DNA of 5,318 nucleotides from a virus (Duplodnaviria; Heunggongvirae; Uroviricota; Caudoviricetes): IMG/VR virus record IMGVR_UViG_2706794492_000015; one strand, 5' to 3'. Shown piece by piece: positions 5,239 to 5,318 of this stretch (position 1 is its first letter; each line of letters starts with the position of its first letter). The notes under the pieces were generated by a model. It saw only the letters and a program-made list of their open reading frames with translations, ran no database searches and was not told where the DNA came from. The position numbers and the translations under genes were made by a program.

Positions 5239-5318
5239 TTAACTGGGGCTTTTCTCTATCTGCCGTTGGTGTTCATGCCCGAGGCAGATAGCCTCAAGCA
5301 CCCGCAGCAATTCTACTT
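5239..5318 (-). CDS. Possible 3' end of an upstream gene entering from the right edge (C-terminus ...VELLRVLEAICLGHEHQRQIEKSPS); product unknown
   Basis: Only one of the three minus-strand frames is open from the window edge; it ends at TAA (5241..5239), about 100 nt upstream of hok. The C-terminus does not match E. coli RelE as I remember it. Could be chance. Confidence 0.2.
   Translation of the reverse strand, partial: VELLRVLEAICLGHEHQRQIEKSPS

Noticed and set aside
5236-5318. Plus-strand ORF running off the right edge (MLTGAFLYLPLVFMPEADSLKHPQQFY...)
   Set aside because: No ribosome-binding site, opposite in orientation to every supported gene, and it overlaps the alternative minus-strand partial ORF.

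Overview
This window reads as the late-regulatory segment of a lambdoid (E. coli-type) prophage, with every supportable gene on the minus strand and transcription running from high to low coordinates. In that order: a Hok-family type I toxin gene (4979..5134), an AT-rich islet with a small ORF, three tightly coupled Cys/His-rich nin-region-like genes (92, 183 and 96 aa), rusA, a lambda-Q-family antiterminator, a lambda-like pR' late promoter with an AACGAT pause element and a short tR'-like terminator, a 65-aa ORF with its own terminator, and an orphan beta-class DNA methyltransferase, closed by back-to-back terminators. The layout resembles the hokD-to-Q neighbourhood of the K-12 Qin prophage but the cargo differs: the gene upstream of hok does not end like RelE (as I remember RelE), and a methyltransferase sits where lysis or toxin morons usually follow Q. 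No tRNA, rRNA, CRISPR array or IS element was recognised. Functional calls rest on motifs read directly from the translations and on remembered family sequences, not on database searches. The most interesting candidates are the Q-controlled small-protein/methyltransferase module, the enlarged zinc-finger domain of Q, the hok locus context and the AT-rich islet.
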